From a virus (Duplodnaviria; Caudoviricetes): DNA of 64,000 bases. Location of the stretch: the IMG/VR virus record IMGVR_UViG_3300035507_000051, positions 1 to 64,000 of that record. One strand, written 5' to 3'. Positions 22,563 to 35,500 of the stretch are shown one piece after another. The stretch's first letter is position 1, and the number at the start of each line of letters is the position of its first letter. The notes under the pieces are model-generated. The model made no database searches. It saw nothing but the letters and a program-made list of their open reading frames with translations, and was not told where the DNA came from. The position numbers and the translations under genes were made by a program.

Positions 22563-23699
22563 ATGGAAGGTTTATCATTAGACAACATCCTGACAGATTC
22601 TGAAGTAGAGGATCTGTTTGGTGAAGAAAATATACAGGAAGAAACTCCTGAAGAAAAGAAAACAGAAGAAGAAAATAAAGACAAAGAAGAAACTACTGAG
22701 ATTGATGCAGAAACTTTATTTGATAATGCAGAATCGGAGAGCGTAGGTAGTGGAAAGGTCAACAAGGATGGAGAGAATACCAACCCTGAACAAGGCAGTA
22801 CTTCTCCCAACTTCTACTCTTCCATTGCCAAAGCCTTGACAGAGGAAGGTATCTTTCCAGACCTTGATGATGATACTCTTTCTAAAGTAGTAACTCCAGA
22901 AGACTTTAAAGATCTTGTAGAACAGCAGATTCAAGCAGGGCTTGATGAAAGATATAAAAGGATTGATGAGGCTCTTAATGGAGGTATGGAACCTACTGAA
23001 GTCAGAAAGTATGAAACTCTTATTGATTACTTGAATAGTATTGGAGATGCTCAACTTAATGATGAGTCAGAGGAGGGGGAAAAACTTAGAAAGAATATTA
23101 TTTATCAAGATTATATTAACCGAGGATACTCTAAGGAAAGAGCTACTAGAGAAGTACAGAAATCAATAACTGGAGGTACAGATATTGATGATGCAAAAGA
23201 AGCTCTTACAGCAAACTTAGAGTTCTATCAAGCTCAATATAATGGGCTATTGCAGCAAGCTCAACAACAAATTGCTGCTGAACAACAGGAAAGAAAACAG
23301 AAGGCAGAAGCTCTTAAAAACTCCATTCTTACAGATAAGAAAGTTTTTGGTGAAGTCGAGGTTGATAAAAACACCAGACAAAGAATTCTAGATAATATCA
23401 TGAAACCTGTTTATAAGGATCCTGATACTGGTGAAGTCTTTACTGCTATACAGAAATATGAAAGAGAAAATAGCAATGATTTTCTCAAGTATGTTGGCTT
23501 TCTTTTTACTATGACTGATGGATTTAAAAACTTAGATGCTCTAGTAAAAGGAAAGGTTAGTAAGGAAGTAAAGAAAGGTATGAGAGAACTTGAGAATGTC
23601 CTTAATGGAAATTCAAGAGTTACTGGGGGAAACCTTAGATTTGCCAATGGAGCTAATGATCCTGAATCATTCTTTGCAGATTACTCTATTGACATTTAA
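22563..23699 (+). CDS. Acidic protein upstream of MCP (scaffold candidate), TAG-free
   Basis: Acidic N-terminus, coiled coil, position directly before MCP. Confidence 0.7.
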   Translation: MEGLSLDNILTDSEVEDLFGEENIQEETPEEKKTEEENKDKEETTEIDAETLFDNAESESVGSGKVNKDGENTNPEQGSTSPNFYSSIAKALTEEGIFPDLDDDTLSKVVTPEDFKDLVEQQIQAGLDERYKRIDEALNGGMEPTEVRKYETLIDYLNSIGDAQLNDESEEGEKLRKNIIYQDYINRGYSKERATREVQKSITGGTDIDDAKEALTANLEFYQAQYNGLLQQAQQQIAAEQQERKQKAEALKNSILTDKKVFGEVEVDKNTRQRILDNIMKPVYKDPDTGEVFTAIQKYERENSNDFLKYVGFLFTMTDGFKNLDALVKGKVSKEVKKGMRELENVLNGNSRVTGGNLRFANGANDPESFFADYSIDI

Positions 23700-23727
23700 A
23701 ATATATAACGTGTAAATTTAAAAATTT

Positions 23728-26064
23728 ATGGCTGGAACATTAGGTAAATTTCAGACTAGAGGTTTTACTAGCTGGAAGGGCTTGACAAAAGAGAACCATT
23801 TAGGTGCTATTTTTGGCCTTGCTCCTCAGAAAGCCTCTAATCTTATGGTGCAGCTGCTTGCAGCTCATTATGGTAAGACTCTAGATACTTTCCTAAGCCA
23901 ATTCCCAACTAAGGAATTTGATGATGATAGTGAATACTACTGGGAAGTAATTGGATCTTCCAGAAGAAATATTCCCCTAGTTGAAGCTAGAGATGAGAAT
24001 ATGACTCCAGTTACTAAGGGCAGTGGTATGATTGGTGCAGGTACTGCTCCTTTCTATCTAGTATTTCCTGAAGACTGGTTTGCTGATGGTGAGTATATTG
24101 TAGGTAACTTAAACGAACTTTATCAATTTAGAGTTCTTGGTGATGCTACTATGGAAGGAACCAATGCAGTGTATAAAGTAGAACTTGCTGGTGGTAATAC
24201 AACTGGCTGTCCTGCTGAAAGACTGCTTGCTGGAGAAAGATTCTCTGTAGAAGCTGCCTTTGTAGAAAAAGAACTTTCTAGAAAAGTTGGTGATATTAGA
24301 TATAGCTCTCCTGTTTCCATGAGGAATGAGTGGTCTACCATCAGAATTCAACACAAGGTTGTTGGTAATATGCTTAACAAGAAAATTGCTTGTGGTATTC
24401 CTGTAATTGACAAGATGGGTCATAAGTCTGTAGTAAATAGATGGATGCACCATGTTGACTGGGAAGTAGAACAGCAATTCTCTGAGTATAAGAATAACGC
24501 TCTTGCCTTTGGTAGAAGTAACAGAGATGCCAACGGAGAATACAGAAATATTGGTAAGTCTGGTTCTGTTATTAAAACTGGTGCTGGTCTATTTGAACAG
24601 ATGGAAGTAGCTAACACCATGTATTACAATAGCTTTAGCTTGAAGCTGATTGAGGATGCCCTTTATGAACTTTCTGCTGCTAAGCTTGGATTTGCTGATA
24701 GGTACTTTGTAATCAAGACTGGTGAAAGAGGTGCTATTCAATTCCATAAGGCTGTTCTAAATACAGTAAGTGGTTGGACTCAGTTCACTCTAAATGGTGA
24801 TGCTTTGGGTATCATTGAAAAGACACAATCTAATTTACACTCTAATGCTCTTTCTGCTGGCTTCCAGTTTGTAGAGTTTAAGGCTCCTAATGGAGTTAGG
24901 GTTAAGATTGATGTAGATCCGTACTACGATGATCCTGTAAGAAATAAGATTTCGCATCCTAATGGTGGCCCTGCATTCTCTTATAGATATGATATTATGG
25001 ACATTGGTACTATGGACCAACCTAATATCTTTAAGTGTGCTATTAAGGGTCAACCTGAACTTAGAGGTTATGAGTGGGGATTAGCGGCGTAAGCCTTTAC
25101 ACATTTCTCAGTTCCCATTTCTCTCACCTAGAAACAGAAGAAGAGATAAAAAACAAGGTTAATTGCTGGAAGTTCCTTAGAGCTTTCACTGCTTTTAAAA
25201 CTTCAAACATTTAAATATGGAAGTAAAAGAATTATGGAAACCTTTATTAGAATATAAAGGTATAGAAGTTAGCTCAATTGGCAGAATTAAAAAAGCTGCT
25301 AATAAGAGAAGAAAAGAAAGAATATTGACAGAGTTTCCTAAAGATAGGGATGGATATTGCAGATGTACTGTACAAAAGTTAAATGGTGAATATACTTCAC
25401 AACCTGTTCATAGATTAGTAGCTAAAGCATTTATAGATAACCCAGAGAATAAAGCTCATGTTAATCATATAGATGGAAATAGAACTAACAATAAAGTAAG
25501 TAATCTAGAATGGGTAACACCTAGAGAAAATGTATTACATTCATTTAAATATGGTGCTCGTAAAGTTTGCAAAGATGTTCCTAGAAATACTATTTTAACT
25601 GATTATCAAGTTTAGTAGATAAGTACTTTAAGAGCTTTATATACAGTTAATCAAATAGCAAAACTTTTCAATATTAAGTATTAGACATTAAAAAACATAA
25701 TTCATAAAAAGAAACAATGTGAAAGATTGGATAACCAGCAGCCAAGCAATTATAAATCAATATATAATTGAAGGTTCAACGACTATCCTATATGGAGTAA
25801 GTTTCAAGTGAAACTGAAATGCCTTGCTCAACTAATAGTTGATGAAGATATAGTCTGAACTCTAGTGAAAGCTAGAGATGATATATGGATACGATATATC
25901 AGTAACATAAAAATGTGAGAAACCCCTTCACTGGACAAGTGAATAACATGAACATGTCCTATGATGAAGATTCTGCAGTAATCCATAAGATGGCTACATT
26001 TGGTGTATGTGTTCTTGATCCTACTAGAACCATGTCACTAATTCCTGCTATTCTGCAGGGTTGA
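23728..26064 (+). CDS. Major capsid protein, spliced: exon 1 23728-25081, exon 2 25916-26064 (500 aa)
   Basis: crAss-type MCP sequence; splicing gives ..[21 protein letters not shown]. Confidence 0.88.
25082..25915 (+). mobile_element. Group I self-splicing intron
   Basis: P AATTGCTGGAA, Q AACCAGCAGCC, R GTTCAACGACTA, S AAGATATAGTCT; exon ends in T, intron ends in G; IGS gttcccatt pairs the 5' exon and tttctca pairs the 3' exon tgagaaa (P10). Confidence 0.92.
25217..25771 (+). CDS. Intron-encoded NUMOD4-HNH homing endonuclease (184 aa)
   Basis: ELWKP..VSSIGR; [27 protein letters not shown]; reads through 3 TAG to TGA. Confidence 0.9.
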
Positions 26065-26068
26065 TATA

Positions 26069-26104
26069 TAAGGGAGATGGGGAAATCTCCATCTCCCTAC
26101 TTTA
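26069..26104 (+). terminator. Intrinsic terminator after MCP
   Basis: agggagatggg/tccatctccct followed by T. Confidence 0.8.
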
Positions 26105-26130
26105 TATTTAAATATTAATTTGGAGAAATC

Positions 26131-27117
26131 ATGGCAAAGAAAAAGGAAGAGATTGAATTTGATTTACAAGATGAAGTACTAACAGAAGTACCTATTAATC
26201 CTGTAGTAACTGAATCTAAATCTAACATTAAAAAAGACAATTCACTGAAGGAAGTTGTAAACTGCCTAAGAAATGAAAGAGTTATTGTAAGGCATATTAA
26301 CAGAGCTACTAATCTAGTACAAAATCCTAAACATGTACTTTATGGTGGCATGGCTGAAAACTCTATTAGAACTTATGTAGTTCCTAGACTATCTTCAGGT
26401 ATTTTTGTAAATGTTCTAACTGACAATGAAAAAGCTTATCTTGAGCAAATAATGCAGTTAGAATATAATGCTTTAAGCATTTATAAGAAAGTTGATAATT
26501 TCTGGGATGATAGTACAGAAGGAGGTATTTCTAGAGTAAGACTTACTAAACAAGATACTATTCTAGACCTATCTAATCCAGAAGATTATATTAGATATAA
26601 GATACTTTTAGCTAACAAAGATTTTATAGCACCCTCCCCTCAAGCATTGCAGGATTATCCTAAAGCTAGTTATGAATATGTATTAATTGCTGAAGGTGAA
26701 GATGTGAAAGCTGCTCAGAAGAATATGAGCACTACAATGATGTGCTATAAAGAGTTTGGTAAGATTGAGAATGATATTAATACATTGAGAGTGATTGTAG
26801 AAACTTTAGATGGTAGACCTACAGCTCCTAATGCTAAACTTGAGTTCTTGCAAACTAAAGTTAACGACCTTATTCAAGGTGATAGTAAGATGTTCTTGAA
26901 GGTTATTACTGATGAATATCTACCTACTAAAGTTCTAATTAAGCAAGCTATTGAGTCTGGCGTTATTTCTAAGCGAGGTAATTATTTGTATCTAAGAAGT
27001 GATAATACTCCTCTCTGTGAGGGTAATGAAGAACCTACTCTCAACTTTGCAGCTAAGTATCTGAATAATCCTAAACACTAGGATGTATTATTCTCAATTC
27101 AAGCTAAATTAAAATAA
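26131..27117 (+). CDS. Conserved crAss-like protein downstream of MCP
   Basis: Track ORF extended through one TAG to TAA. Confidence 0.75.
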
Positions 27118-27152
27118 TAAATTGCTCTAAGTAGAGCTAAAAATAAACCACA

Positions 27153-27959
27153 ATGACTGATACAGAAAAACTTAACTTAGAATTCAGCAATGAGTTTGAT
27201 GTGCTCTACAACAATATAACTTCAAACTAGGCTCCAGGTCTTGATGAATATGAAAAATCAGTCTTCCTAACTAGGGCGTAGGATGAAATAGTTAAAGCCT
27301 ATTTTAATCCTAAACTTAACAAGTCTATGGAAGGTTTTGATGGTAATGAGAAGAGGTAGATAGACTTTTCTATGATTATTAAAAGTGAACAATAGCAGAG
27401 GTAGACTTCTACATCTAATGCAGGCGTTCAAGTAACATTTAATCCATTCTAGGATGGTATATTTGATCAAAGAAAAGAAACTGGCTCTGTAACTCTTCCT
27501 GAGGATATACTCATGTTTATTAATGAGTATGTTGTTGTAAATAGGAATGACAACTCAGTTAGACTGAATGTACTTCCAATTACCTATACAGAATATTCTA
27601 GGATAATGAGTAAACCATATAAGAGACCTCTTAAATTCTAGTGCTGGAGACTACTTGATAACACTAACGGATCTAGAAGAGCAGAACTTATAGTAGGCCC
27701 TAATGATAGAATAGACCAATATGTTTATAGGTATATCAAAAGACCTTGTGCTATTAGGCTAACTGACTTTGATGATGAAGTTACTTTAGATGGTGATAGC
27801 ACTGCATAGGCTTGTGAACTAGATCCTATACTATATCCAGAGATAATTCAAAGAGCTGCAGAATTAGCTAAAGCTGCTTATGTTGGAGATTTAAATACTC
27901 AAATAGCTTTAGGTACTAATTCTTAGACTAATGTTGGTATGCTTACATCTAGTAAATAA
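27153..27959 (+). CDS. Tail ring protein (paralog A)
   Basis: EFSNEFDVL..DEYEKSVFLTRA(Q)DE; paralog of next gene; recalled crAss synteny. Confidence 0.7.
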
Positions 27960-28654
27960 TGACAACTGAAGAATTTAGCAATGAATTTGATACTCTTATC
28001 AATAGCTATGCTACTTCAGAGTCATTTGGTAATAGCTAGAATCCTTTGAATTTTGATGAATATGAGAAGTCAGTATTTCTTACTAAAGCTCAAGAAGAAC
28101 TGGTAATTCATTACTATACAGGAAAAGCTACTGGAGATTCATTTGAAGATACTGAATAGATGAGAAGATACCTTAGTGAACTAGTTAAAACTGATGAACT
28201 TGTGACTAAGATAGATGCTAAAGGTATTTCAGATAATTCAGTATTCTTCAAGTTACCTAACGATGTTTGGTTTATAACATATGAATCTGTAACTTTAGAG
28301 GATGAGTCTAAATGCTTAAATGGTAAAAATATCCAAGTAGTTCCTGTTACTTAGGATGAGTATCATAAAATAAAAGATAATCCATTTAGGTAGGCTAATT
28401 CTAGGAGAGCACTTAGATTAGACAATGAAAATAATTTAGTAGAAATTATATCTCCTTATAATATTGCAAAATATATTGTAAGATATGTAGCTAAACCTAC
28501 TCCTATTATTTTAGTTGATCTGCCTGATGAATTATCTATTAATAATGAAAATAAAATAACTGAGTGTAAATTAAATCCTGTGACTCATAGGACTATATTA
28601 GAGGTTGCTGTTAAGTTAGCAATTAGTAGTAGGAGTTCTAGTACAGGTAAATAA
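27959..28654 (+). CDS. Tail ring protein (paralog B)
   Basis: EFSNEFDTL..DEYEKSVFLTKAQEE. Confidence 0.7.
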
Positions 28655-28679
28655 TGTTTAATTAAACTTTTATAAAATT

Positions 28680-29684
28680 ATGGCTGTATTTAGCACAAAT
28701 CAAGTAAGACATCTTTATGTACAAAACTCCCTTGGCACTGCTGGTGCTGATGGTCACATGCAGGACACTACTACAGGTGCTGCTATGTTCTATGTAGATC
28801 CTAAGAAGGAAACCTTTTTCCTTGAATATATAGGTGAAGGTGGTAGACTAAGGAGTGACATCATTGATGTTAAGAGTGTAAGACAAATTAAATATACTGC
28901 TGCTGATAGGCTTAAATCTAATCTTTATAAAACTTCTGTAAAGCTGGATTCTGCTGTTAATGGTGGTGAAGTAATTCCTGGTCAGGACTATATTCTAAGA
29001 ATTGTATTCCGTCAGTTTGCTGGTATGTCAGATGAGGATACTTATATTAAGTACGGTGCTGTACATGGTGTTGCTAGTATGACTCCTAGTGATTTCTATA
29101 AGAAGCTTGCTATCTCTCTTGCTAAGAACTTTAGTAGAGAACTTACTCAGCTTTTGAGATTTAAGGTAGGTGATGTTGAAGTTACTGGTACTACTAAGAT
29201 GACAGATCTTGCTGCTGTTACTGCTACTGAAGTAACTATTGAGGAAGTAGAGCAAGATTGGATTAGAGGTACTAAAGCTCAAGTTCCCGTATATTTTGAG
29301 GTAATTCCTACTACTGTAACCTATGATGGTGAAGAAGTTATCTGGGGTGTAATGGATGAAACTACTGGTAGCACTGCTAAAGAAGTATATGCATCTATTG
29401 CTGATGGTAAGAAGATTGCTGACCTTGAGTACTTCTGTCATGGTGAAAGAGGAGACATCTACAGAGGTGTAGGTTGGCCTGATGTAATTCCTACTAAGTA
29501 TATGGTAGATGAAACTAAAGAATATGATGTTCTTGACATTGCCTATTACTTTGAAGGTGCAGGTGAAAATCCTCAGAAATCTGAGAAGGTTCTGACTGTT
29601 GTAGGTGCTGGTGGTGTTATTACTAAGCTGCTTGCTCTACTAGATGGTGTAGACCTCTCTAATAAGACAATTAAAGTAGAATAA
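28680..29684 (+). CDS. Auxiliary capsid/decoration protein, TAG-free
   Basis: 334 aa, own terminator, recalled crAss synteny. Confidence 0.6.
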   Translation: MAVFSTNQVRHLYVQNSLGTAGADGHMQDTTTGAAMFYVDPKKETFFLEYIGEGGRLRSDIIDVKSVRQIKYTAADRLKSNLYKTSVKLDSAVNGGEVIPGQDYILRIVFRQFAGMSDEDTYIKYGAVHGVASMTPSDFYKKLAISLAKNFSRELTQLLRFKVGDVEVTGTTKMTDLAAVTATEVTIEEVEQDWIRGTKAQVPVYFEVIPTTVTYDGEEVIWGVMDETTGSTAKEVYASIADGKKIADLEYFCHGERGDIYRGVGWPDVIPTKYMVDETKEYDVLDIAYYFEGAGENPQKSEKVLTVVGAGGVITKLLALLDGVDLSNKTIKVE

Positions 29685-29686
29685 TC

Positions 29687-29719
29687 AAAGGGAGGCTTAG
29701 ACCTCCCTTTAAATTTTTT
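29687..29719 (+). terminator. Intrinsic terminator
   Basis: aaagggagg/cctcccttt followed by T tract. Confidence 0.8.
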
Positions 29720-29725
29720 ATAACT

Positions 29726-30262
29726 ATGATTAAATATAATGAACTAAGATTAGAAGGCAACACTCTTCATTATAACATAGCTGTTGAAGATTAGTCTTAT
29801 TATGAAGATAAGATTTATCTAGAAGGATTTTATGTAGATACTCCTGATACTTATCCTGCTGCAGATGAACAATCTCATTATGATAAAGTTGAATGTTCAG
29901 AGCAAACAGAAATGGATGGAGAATTAGTACTACCTTCAGGTAAAGATATTTACATAATTACACCTATAGTAGTTGGTACTGAGGATCTGGGGCCAGATAC
30001 TCCTTGTGGTAAAGATGTAATAGAAACTGCAATAGTGTATGATGAAAATATTATACTAGATAAAGGGCTAAATTATCTAAGTACATTAGCAGATAGTTGC
30101 ATTATACCTAAAGGATTTATAGACTTTATATTAAAGAAAGCTGCACTAGACCTATCTATCAAAGCTTGTAATTATTAGCAAGCTACAAAACTATGGTAGA
30201 AGTTAACTAAGTATAGCATTAATAAAACATCTACTAATGGTTGCGGCTGCCACTCTAATTAA
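29726..30262 (+). CDS. Tail hub-like protein A (ends GCGCHSN)
   Basis: Open when TAG=Gln; synteny. Confidence 0.55.
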
Positions 30263-30494
30263 ATAGTCCTATGAAGCTCTAAGTAGGTACTTTACTAGAT
30301 TATCTTAGGTAGGCTATCTTCCATACTCTACAGTAGATACTCTATTAGTTCTTCTATATATCACACATATTAGAAATAAATATGAGCTAGATAATAAGTA
30401 GCTAGGAGTAATAGACAAAGCTTTAAATTGTTTATAGCAATCATGCTTATTACCTCTATCTAATTGTAAGAGAAGTTGTAATTAGTTAAAATAA
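30237..30494 (+). CDS. Tail hub-like protein B (Cys-rich C-terminus)
   Basis: Open when TAG=Gln; synteny. Confidence 0.5.
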
Positions 30495-30507
30495 AATCAA
30501 TAAGACT

Positions 30508-30541
30508 CTTGTGTAAATCAGCAAATTTGCTTATCTTTGCA
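30508..30541 (+). promoter_or_regulatory. -33/-7 promoter inside an inverted repeat
   Basis: CTTG-N20-TATCTTTGCA. Confidence 0.75.
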
Positions 30542-30565
30542 CAAGAGTTTTAATTTTACATAGCT

Positions 30566-31288
30566 ATGACATACAAGGAAATTATATATAGTGTACTAGA
30601 TCTACTTAAAGTAGCTTCAGATGATGCATATTTTACTGAAGAGCATGTGTTATTTTTGGCTTCTAAAATAAGATCTGCTATACTTAAACAAACATATGCT
30701 AGTATTAAGAAGGAAATTCCTGAATCTAACTATCAAACTATATGCTTAGATTTAATAGAGGTTCCTGCTATTAGTGGTGAACCCTGTGAAGGAGGTACTT
30801 ACTTAAGAAGCAAGCAAAAAATACCTACTACTCTTACTGTAGGTAATACTAAAATATATCCTGTTGATTACTATCAAGGGGAGATTACATTTATTTCTAG
30901 AGAAAGAATGAGGTATGTTGGTCATAATAAGTGGCTACAGAATATAATTTATGCTTCTCTAGGGCCTGATGGGTACTTGTACTTTAAATCCAGTAATCCT
31001 CAATATCTATATTTAGAGCAAGTTAGAATGAATGCAGTCTTTGAAGATGTTGAGGAAGCTGCTAAACTACAATGTGATAGTGATGCCACTTGTGATATAC
31101 TAGATAGTGATTTTCCTTTAGAACAAGGTTTAGTGTCTACACTTATAGAAACTACAGTAAAGTTCCTTAGTGGTTCTATATATAAACCTACAGACTCTGC
31201 TAATGATGCTTCTGATAATCTTGCAGAACTTGCTACATACTTAAGGAATAATCTTAAGTCAGATTTACAAAAACAAATTGAAGGCTGA
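30566..31288 (+). CDS. Tail ring/tubular protein
   Basis: 240 aa; MTYKEIIY-type N-terminus; synteny. Confidence 0.65.
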   Translation: MTYKEIIYSVLDLLKVASDDAYFTEEHVLFLASKIRSAILKQTYASIKKEIPESNYQTICLDLIEVPAISGEPCEGGTYLRSKQKIPTTLTVGNTKIYPVDYYQGEITFISRERMRYVGHNKWLQNIIYASLGPDGYLYFKSSNPQYLYLEQVRMNAVFEDVEEAAKLQCDSDATCDILDSDFPLEQGLVSTLIETTVKFLSGSIYKPTDSANDASDNLAELATYLRNNLKSDLQKQIEG

Positions 31289-31818
31289 TGGATGAATTTA
31301 GGAAACAAGTACTTAAAGTAAATGGACCAAGAAAACACAAGACTAATAAATCATTTGGAGTTTATGACTCCTATAAGTGGATTAGAAAGCACAAATGGTT
31401 AAATATAGGTAAACCAATAACTGAGCATACATTCTATAGTATTATAAGACAAGTAAACAATGAACTAGCTGAATTTTTATCTAGAGGATATGACATTAAT
31501 CTGCCTGAAAAAATGGGTAGATTAGAGCTTAGGAAATATGATGCTAGAATTACATTGCAAGGTACTAAAGTAATAACTAATTTACCTATAGATTGGGATA
31601 GTACTCTTAAATTATGGGCGGAAGATAATGATGCTTATGTAAATAGGGTGCTTATTAAAATGAAGGAAAGAGAAATATTTAGAGTATACTATAATAAATG
31701 CAAGGCTAACTATAATAACAAATCCTTCATGGTCTTTGATATAAATAGAGAGTTAAAAAAAGAATTAAAGAAAAACATAAAAGAGGGAAGGATTGATTCC
31801 TTTAAATTCAATGACTGA
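31288..31818 (+). CDS. IHF/HU-like protein
   Basis: LSRGYDINLPEKMGRLEL..FDINRELKK; crAss tail-block position. Confidence 0.6.
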   Translation: MDEFRKQVLKVNGPRKHKTNKSFGVYDSYKWIRKHKWLNIGKPITEHTFYSIIRQVNNELAEFLSRGYDINLPEKMGRLELRKYDARITLQGTKVITNLPIDWDSTLKLWAEDNDAYVNRVLIKMKEREIFRVYYNKCKANYNNKSFMVFDINRELKKELKKNIKEGRIDSFKFND

Positions 31819-32509
31819 TTATATTTCTATTAAACAGATACTTGATAATTGCTTGCACCATCCAATGCTTCAAGACTTAACTCTAGAAAGAGCAGTAGCC
31901 TATGCAGTTGACTTCCTTAGAATTGTGTAGGCTCCTGCTATATTTCTAGAAAAAACTGCAAAACTAGAAGTTAATGGATATAGAGCAATACTTCCTTGTG
32001 ATTTTCATAGGATAATTCAAGTAAGAACTAAACATAAAAATTGTGATTAGGAAGTAATGTCTGCATTTAGAGCATCAACAGATAGTTTCCATCTTAGTGA
32101 AGATAAAAGTAATTCTCCTGAATTAACTTATAAAATTCAAGGCAGAGTAATATTTACTTCAATTAAAGAAGGTACTATTGAGATAGCCTATTAGGCTATT
32201 GCAGTGGATGAGGATGGTTATCCTTTAATTCCTGACAATAGTTCTTTTACTAGAGCATTAGAACTGTACATTAAAAAGCAGTGTTTTACCATACAATTTG
32301 ACCAAGGTAAAATTAATGCTCAAGTATATAATAATGTATGTTAGGAGTATGCTTTTGCTGTAGGTCAAGCTCAAACAGATATGATAAGACCTACTATTGA
32401 TGAAATGGAGGCTATTACAAATATGTTAAATACTTTAGTTCCCAGAGTATCTGATCATAACAGAGGGTTTAGATACAATGGAACTAAAGAATATATAAAG
32501 CAATAGTAA
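31811..32509 (+). CDS. Tail ring/tubular protein (P22 gp4-like candidate)
   Basis: Open when TAG=Gln; DEDGYPLIPD motif; precedes muzzle gene. Confidence 0.65.
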
Positions 32510-32510
32510 T

Positions 32511-35500
32511 ATGTAGAAATTTATTAAGTTTAAATTGTTAGGGATGGATACTGACTCTGATCAATCCCTTATAGATGGAACTACTTCTATATATAACTAC
32601 AATGTAAGATTCACTACTATAGAAGATAATTAGACATCTGCAGTTATTACTAATGAAAGGGGCACTAAGTAGATTGGAGATATTGCAATAACAGGAACTC
32701 CAATAGGCTATGCTGTAGCCGATTAGTATCTAGTTATCTTTTATGTGTACAATACTACTAGTTACATTAGCATATACACTAATACTAATGATGTAATTTC
32801 TCACTATTATACTTATCAAGGTAATTTAAATTTCAGTGAATTAAACCCTATTGAATGTTAGGTTGCTTGGGAAAGGGAAGCTTTAATAAAAATTTTTTGG
32901 ATTGATGGTAGAAATCCATTAAGATTTTTAACTATACCTACAGATTTTACTTCTAATATACAGGAAGTCCAAGCTAACTACTTTGATGTAGTAAAAGATA
33001 TAGACTTTGAGTCTGATTTACAGAATTCAATAAGTGTAACTAGAGAATCTTTAGGAGGTACTTTTCCTGCAGGAGTTATACAATATGCTTTTACTTACTA
33101 TACTAAATATGGGTCTGAAAGTAATATCTTTAAAATGACTCCTTTATATTACTTAAGTAATGATAGAGGAGGTACGCCGCAAGATAGGTCGGTGTCTTGT
33201 GCCTTCAGTATTACTATTGATAAGGTAGATACTAAAGGTAATTGGGATTTTCTTAGAATATATTCTATACTTAGAACTTCTTTAAATGGAGAAGCTGTAT
33301 GTAAAAGAGTTGTTGATATCAGTATAAAAGATTTTTCAGAGTCTATTACCTACATAGATAATGGAGAATACGGTGAGACAATAGATTCTACTAGGCTGCT
33401 ATACTTAGGAGGGGAAAAGATCATACCTAAAACTATTGCACAGAAAGATAATACATTATTTCTAGGGAATTATAGCATAGTAAGAGCGGAAATACCCAAT
33501 AGCATAAAAGATATTCTTAGAAAGGCAGTTAATTCTGATAACTTTTTTAAATTAACTTACGCTAAAGAAGAAAACTCTGATGTGACTTATGCCAGAAAAG
33601 TAATATCTACTATATAGAATTCTGAAGGTAAATTGCAGACTTATTAGTATACACCACAATTGTATGAAAATTAGGATTAGATAACTACATTCAAATGTGG
33701 AGAGACTTATAGAATAGGAGTACAATTGCAAGATACTACAGGCAGATGGTCTGAACCCATATTCTTATTTGATGCTACTAATGGAGTATTTCCAGAAACC
33801 ACCAACGCTAGTATAATAACAGACACTAGTTCTACATCTAAAGCACCTGCATTGGATACTGAAAATTCAGTTAGTACTGACACTACAAATACTATAGCTG
33901 CAAAATGGGATAATGTAAAAGTTGAAGAAACTAATTAGCTCATTGGTGTTGGAGATACTTTAACTTAGGAAGATACTTCTACTCAAAGCAGCACTACTGA
34001 AACTTCTAAAACTACTACTTCATCTAAAGCATCTAAAGCTTTATATTAGGGAATACTACCTTTTGGACACTTAAGATTAAATTTAAATAATATAAAGGCT
34101 TCTGAAGATTCTGATACTAGCTTGCTATCTTATTTTAAAAATTTAGGTTATATTAGAATAAGGCCAGTAATTGTATTACCTAATGAGGGCCAAAGAGAAG
34201 TTCTTTTTCAAGGAGTGGCTAATCCAACTATTAGGAAAGGAGAATCTTAGAGTAATTTTGATTACAGAATTCCTTCATGGTTTTTTAGACCTATAAAATC
34301 AGATAATGCTCCTAATAGTACAGACTACTACTTGGGCTCATCACAATATTTAGGTGTATTTCCTGAATATAGAAATGGAGAAGTTATTACTTACTATGAC
34401 TACACTAGAGGTAATAATAACACTCTGGCGGAATTTCAATATAAAACATCAGACTTATTCTACATTGATTGGGGAGTAATAACTGTTGATTCTCCCGATA
34501 TTAGATTTAACGAGCAAATATCTTTAGTAGATATGGATGACGTTAAAGCTAGAATAGTAGGTTATGTAGATATTCAAGGGAATGCAGCTAGTTATAATAT
34601 AGAGATAGAGGGTACTACAGAGCCTGCAGAAAAGTATAAAGCAAATGCGCTAATGTCTGCAGTTCCTCTTGGTAATAAAACTACTGTAACTAGCTCTTAT
34701 TTATCTGGAAGTATTACATCAGGCAACAGAGGAGCTATACTACTTAATGCTCCATTGTGGTTAGATGGTATATCAGATAGGGGAGAATAGGGCTATGATT
34801 AGTATATAGCACAATGGTATGTATTTCCTTGGCATAGGAGTGGATCTTTAAATAATTGCTCATCTACTAATATGAACAATATTGAAGGAGCAGCTAAACC
34901 CTCTGTATTAAAAAAGAAAATTATAGCAAATGCTAGATTTGGATATAACACCTCATATGATATAGCTAAAAAAGATTTAAGTATTACAGATACTAAAATA
35001 TTTTTACAAACTAGTGATGCTTAGTTAACTAGATTTACTGATGGTAGTTTATACAGAAATAATATAGACATAATACTACCTGCATCAGGACTAACTGCAT
35101 TTAAAGCTTTTGGATTAATGCAATCTACTACTACAACTGATGGAGATAAGATTATGACAGTTACTCCATATTATGGAAAGTAGATAGGGGATTCCCCTTC
35201 ATTCAACAAAGATACAGATCCAGTAGAAGCTAATACTGCTAATTTGTTAGGCTGCTTTTTTAACTTTTCTACTACTACAACTAATGCTAAATTTTTATAT
35301 TATGATCTTTTGCATGATAGTGTAGGTAATGGGAATTCCTACCATGTTAGTTCAGATCCAATACCTATGTAGTTTAAAACAGGCAGTAATTGTATACTAA
35401 AGCTAAATTCTAGTTTAGATTATAATCAACTAAAAAATTCTGACAATAGTAAATTTATTTATGAGATTTCAAATGGCAGGTGGCTACCTATAGTAGAAGT

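Noticed and set aside
22463-25053. Minus-strand ORFs over the scaffold and MCP genes (and similar antisense ORFs at 29028, 44726, 54665, 60425)
   Set aside because: Antisense shadows of strong genes, with Ser/Phe/Leu-rich translations and no signals.
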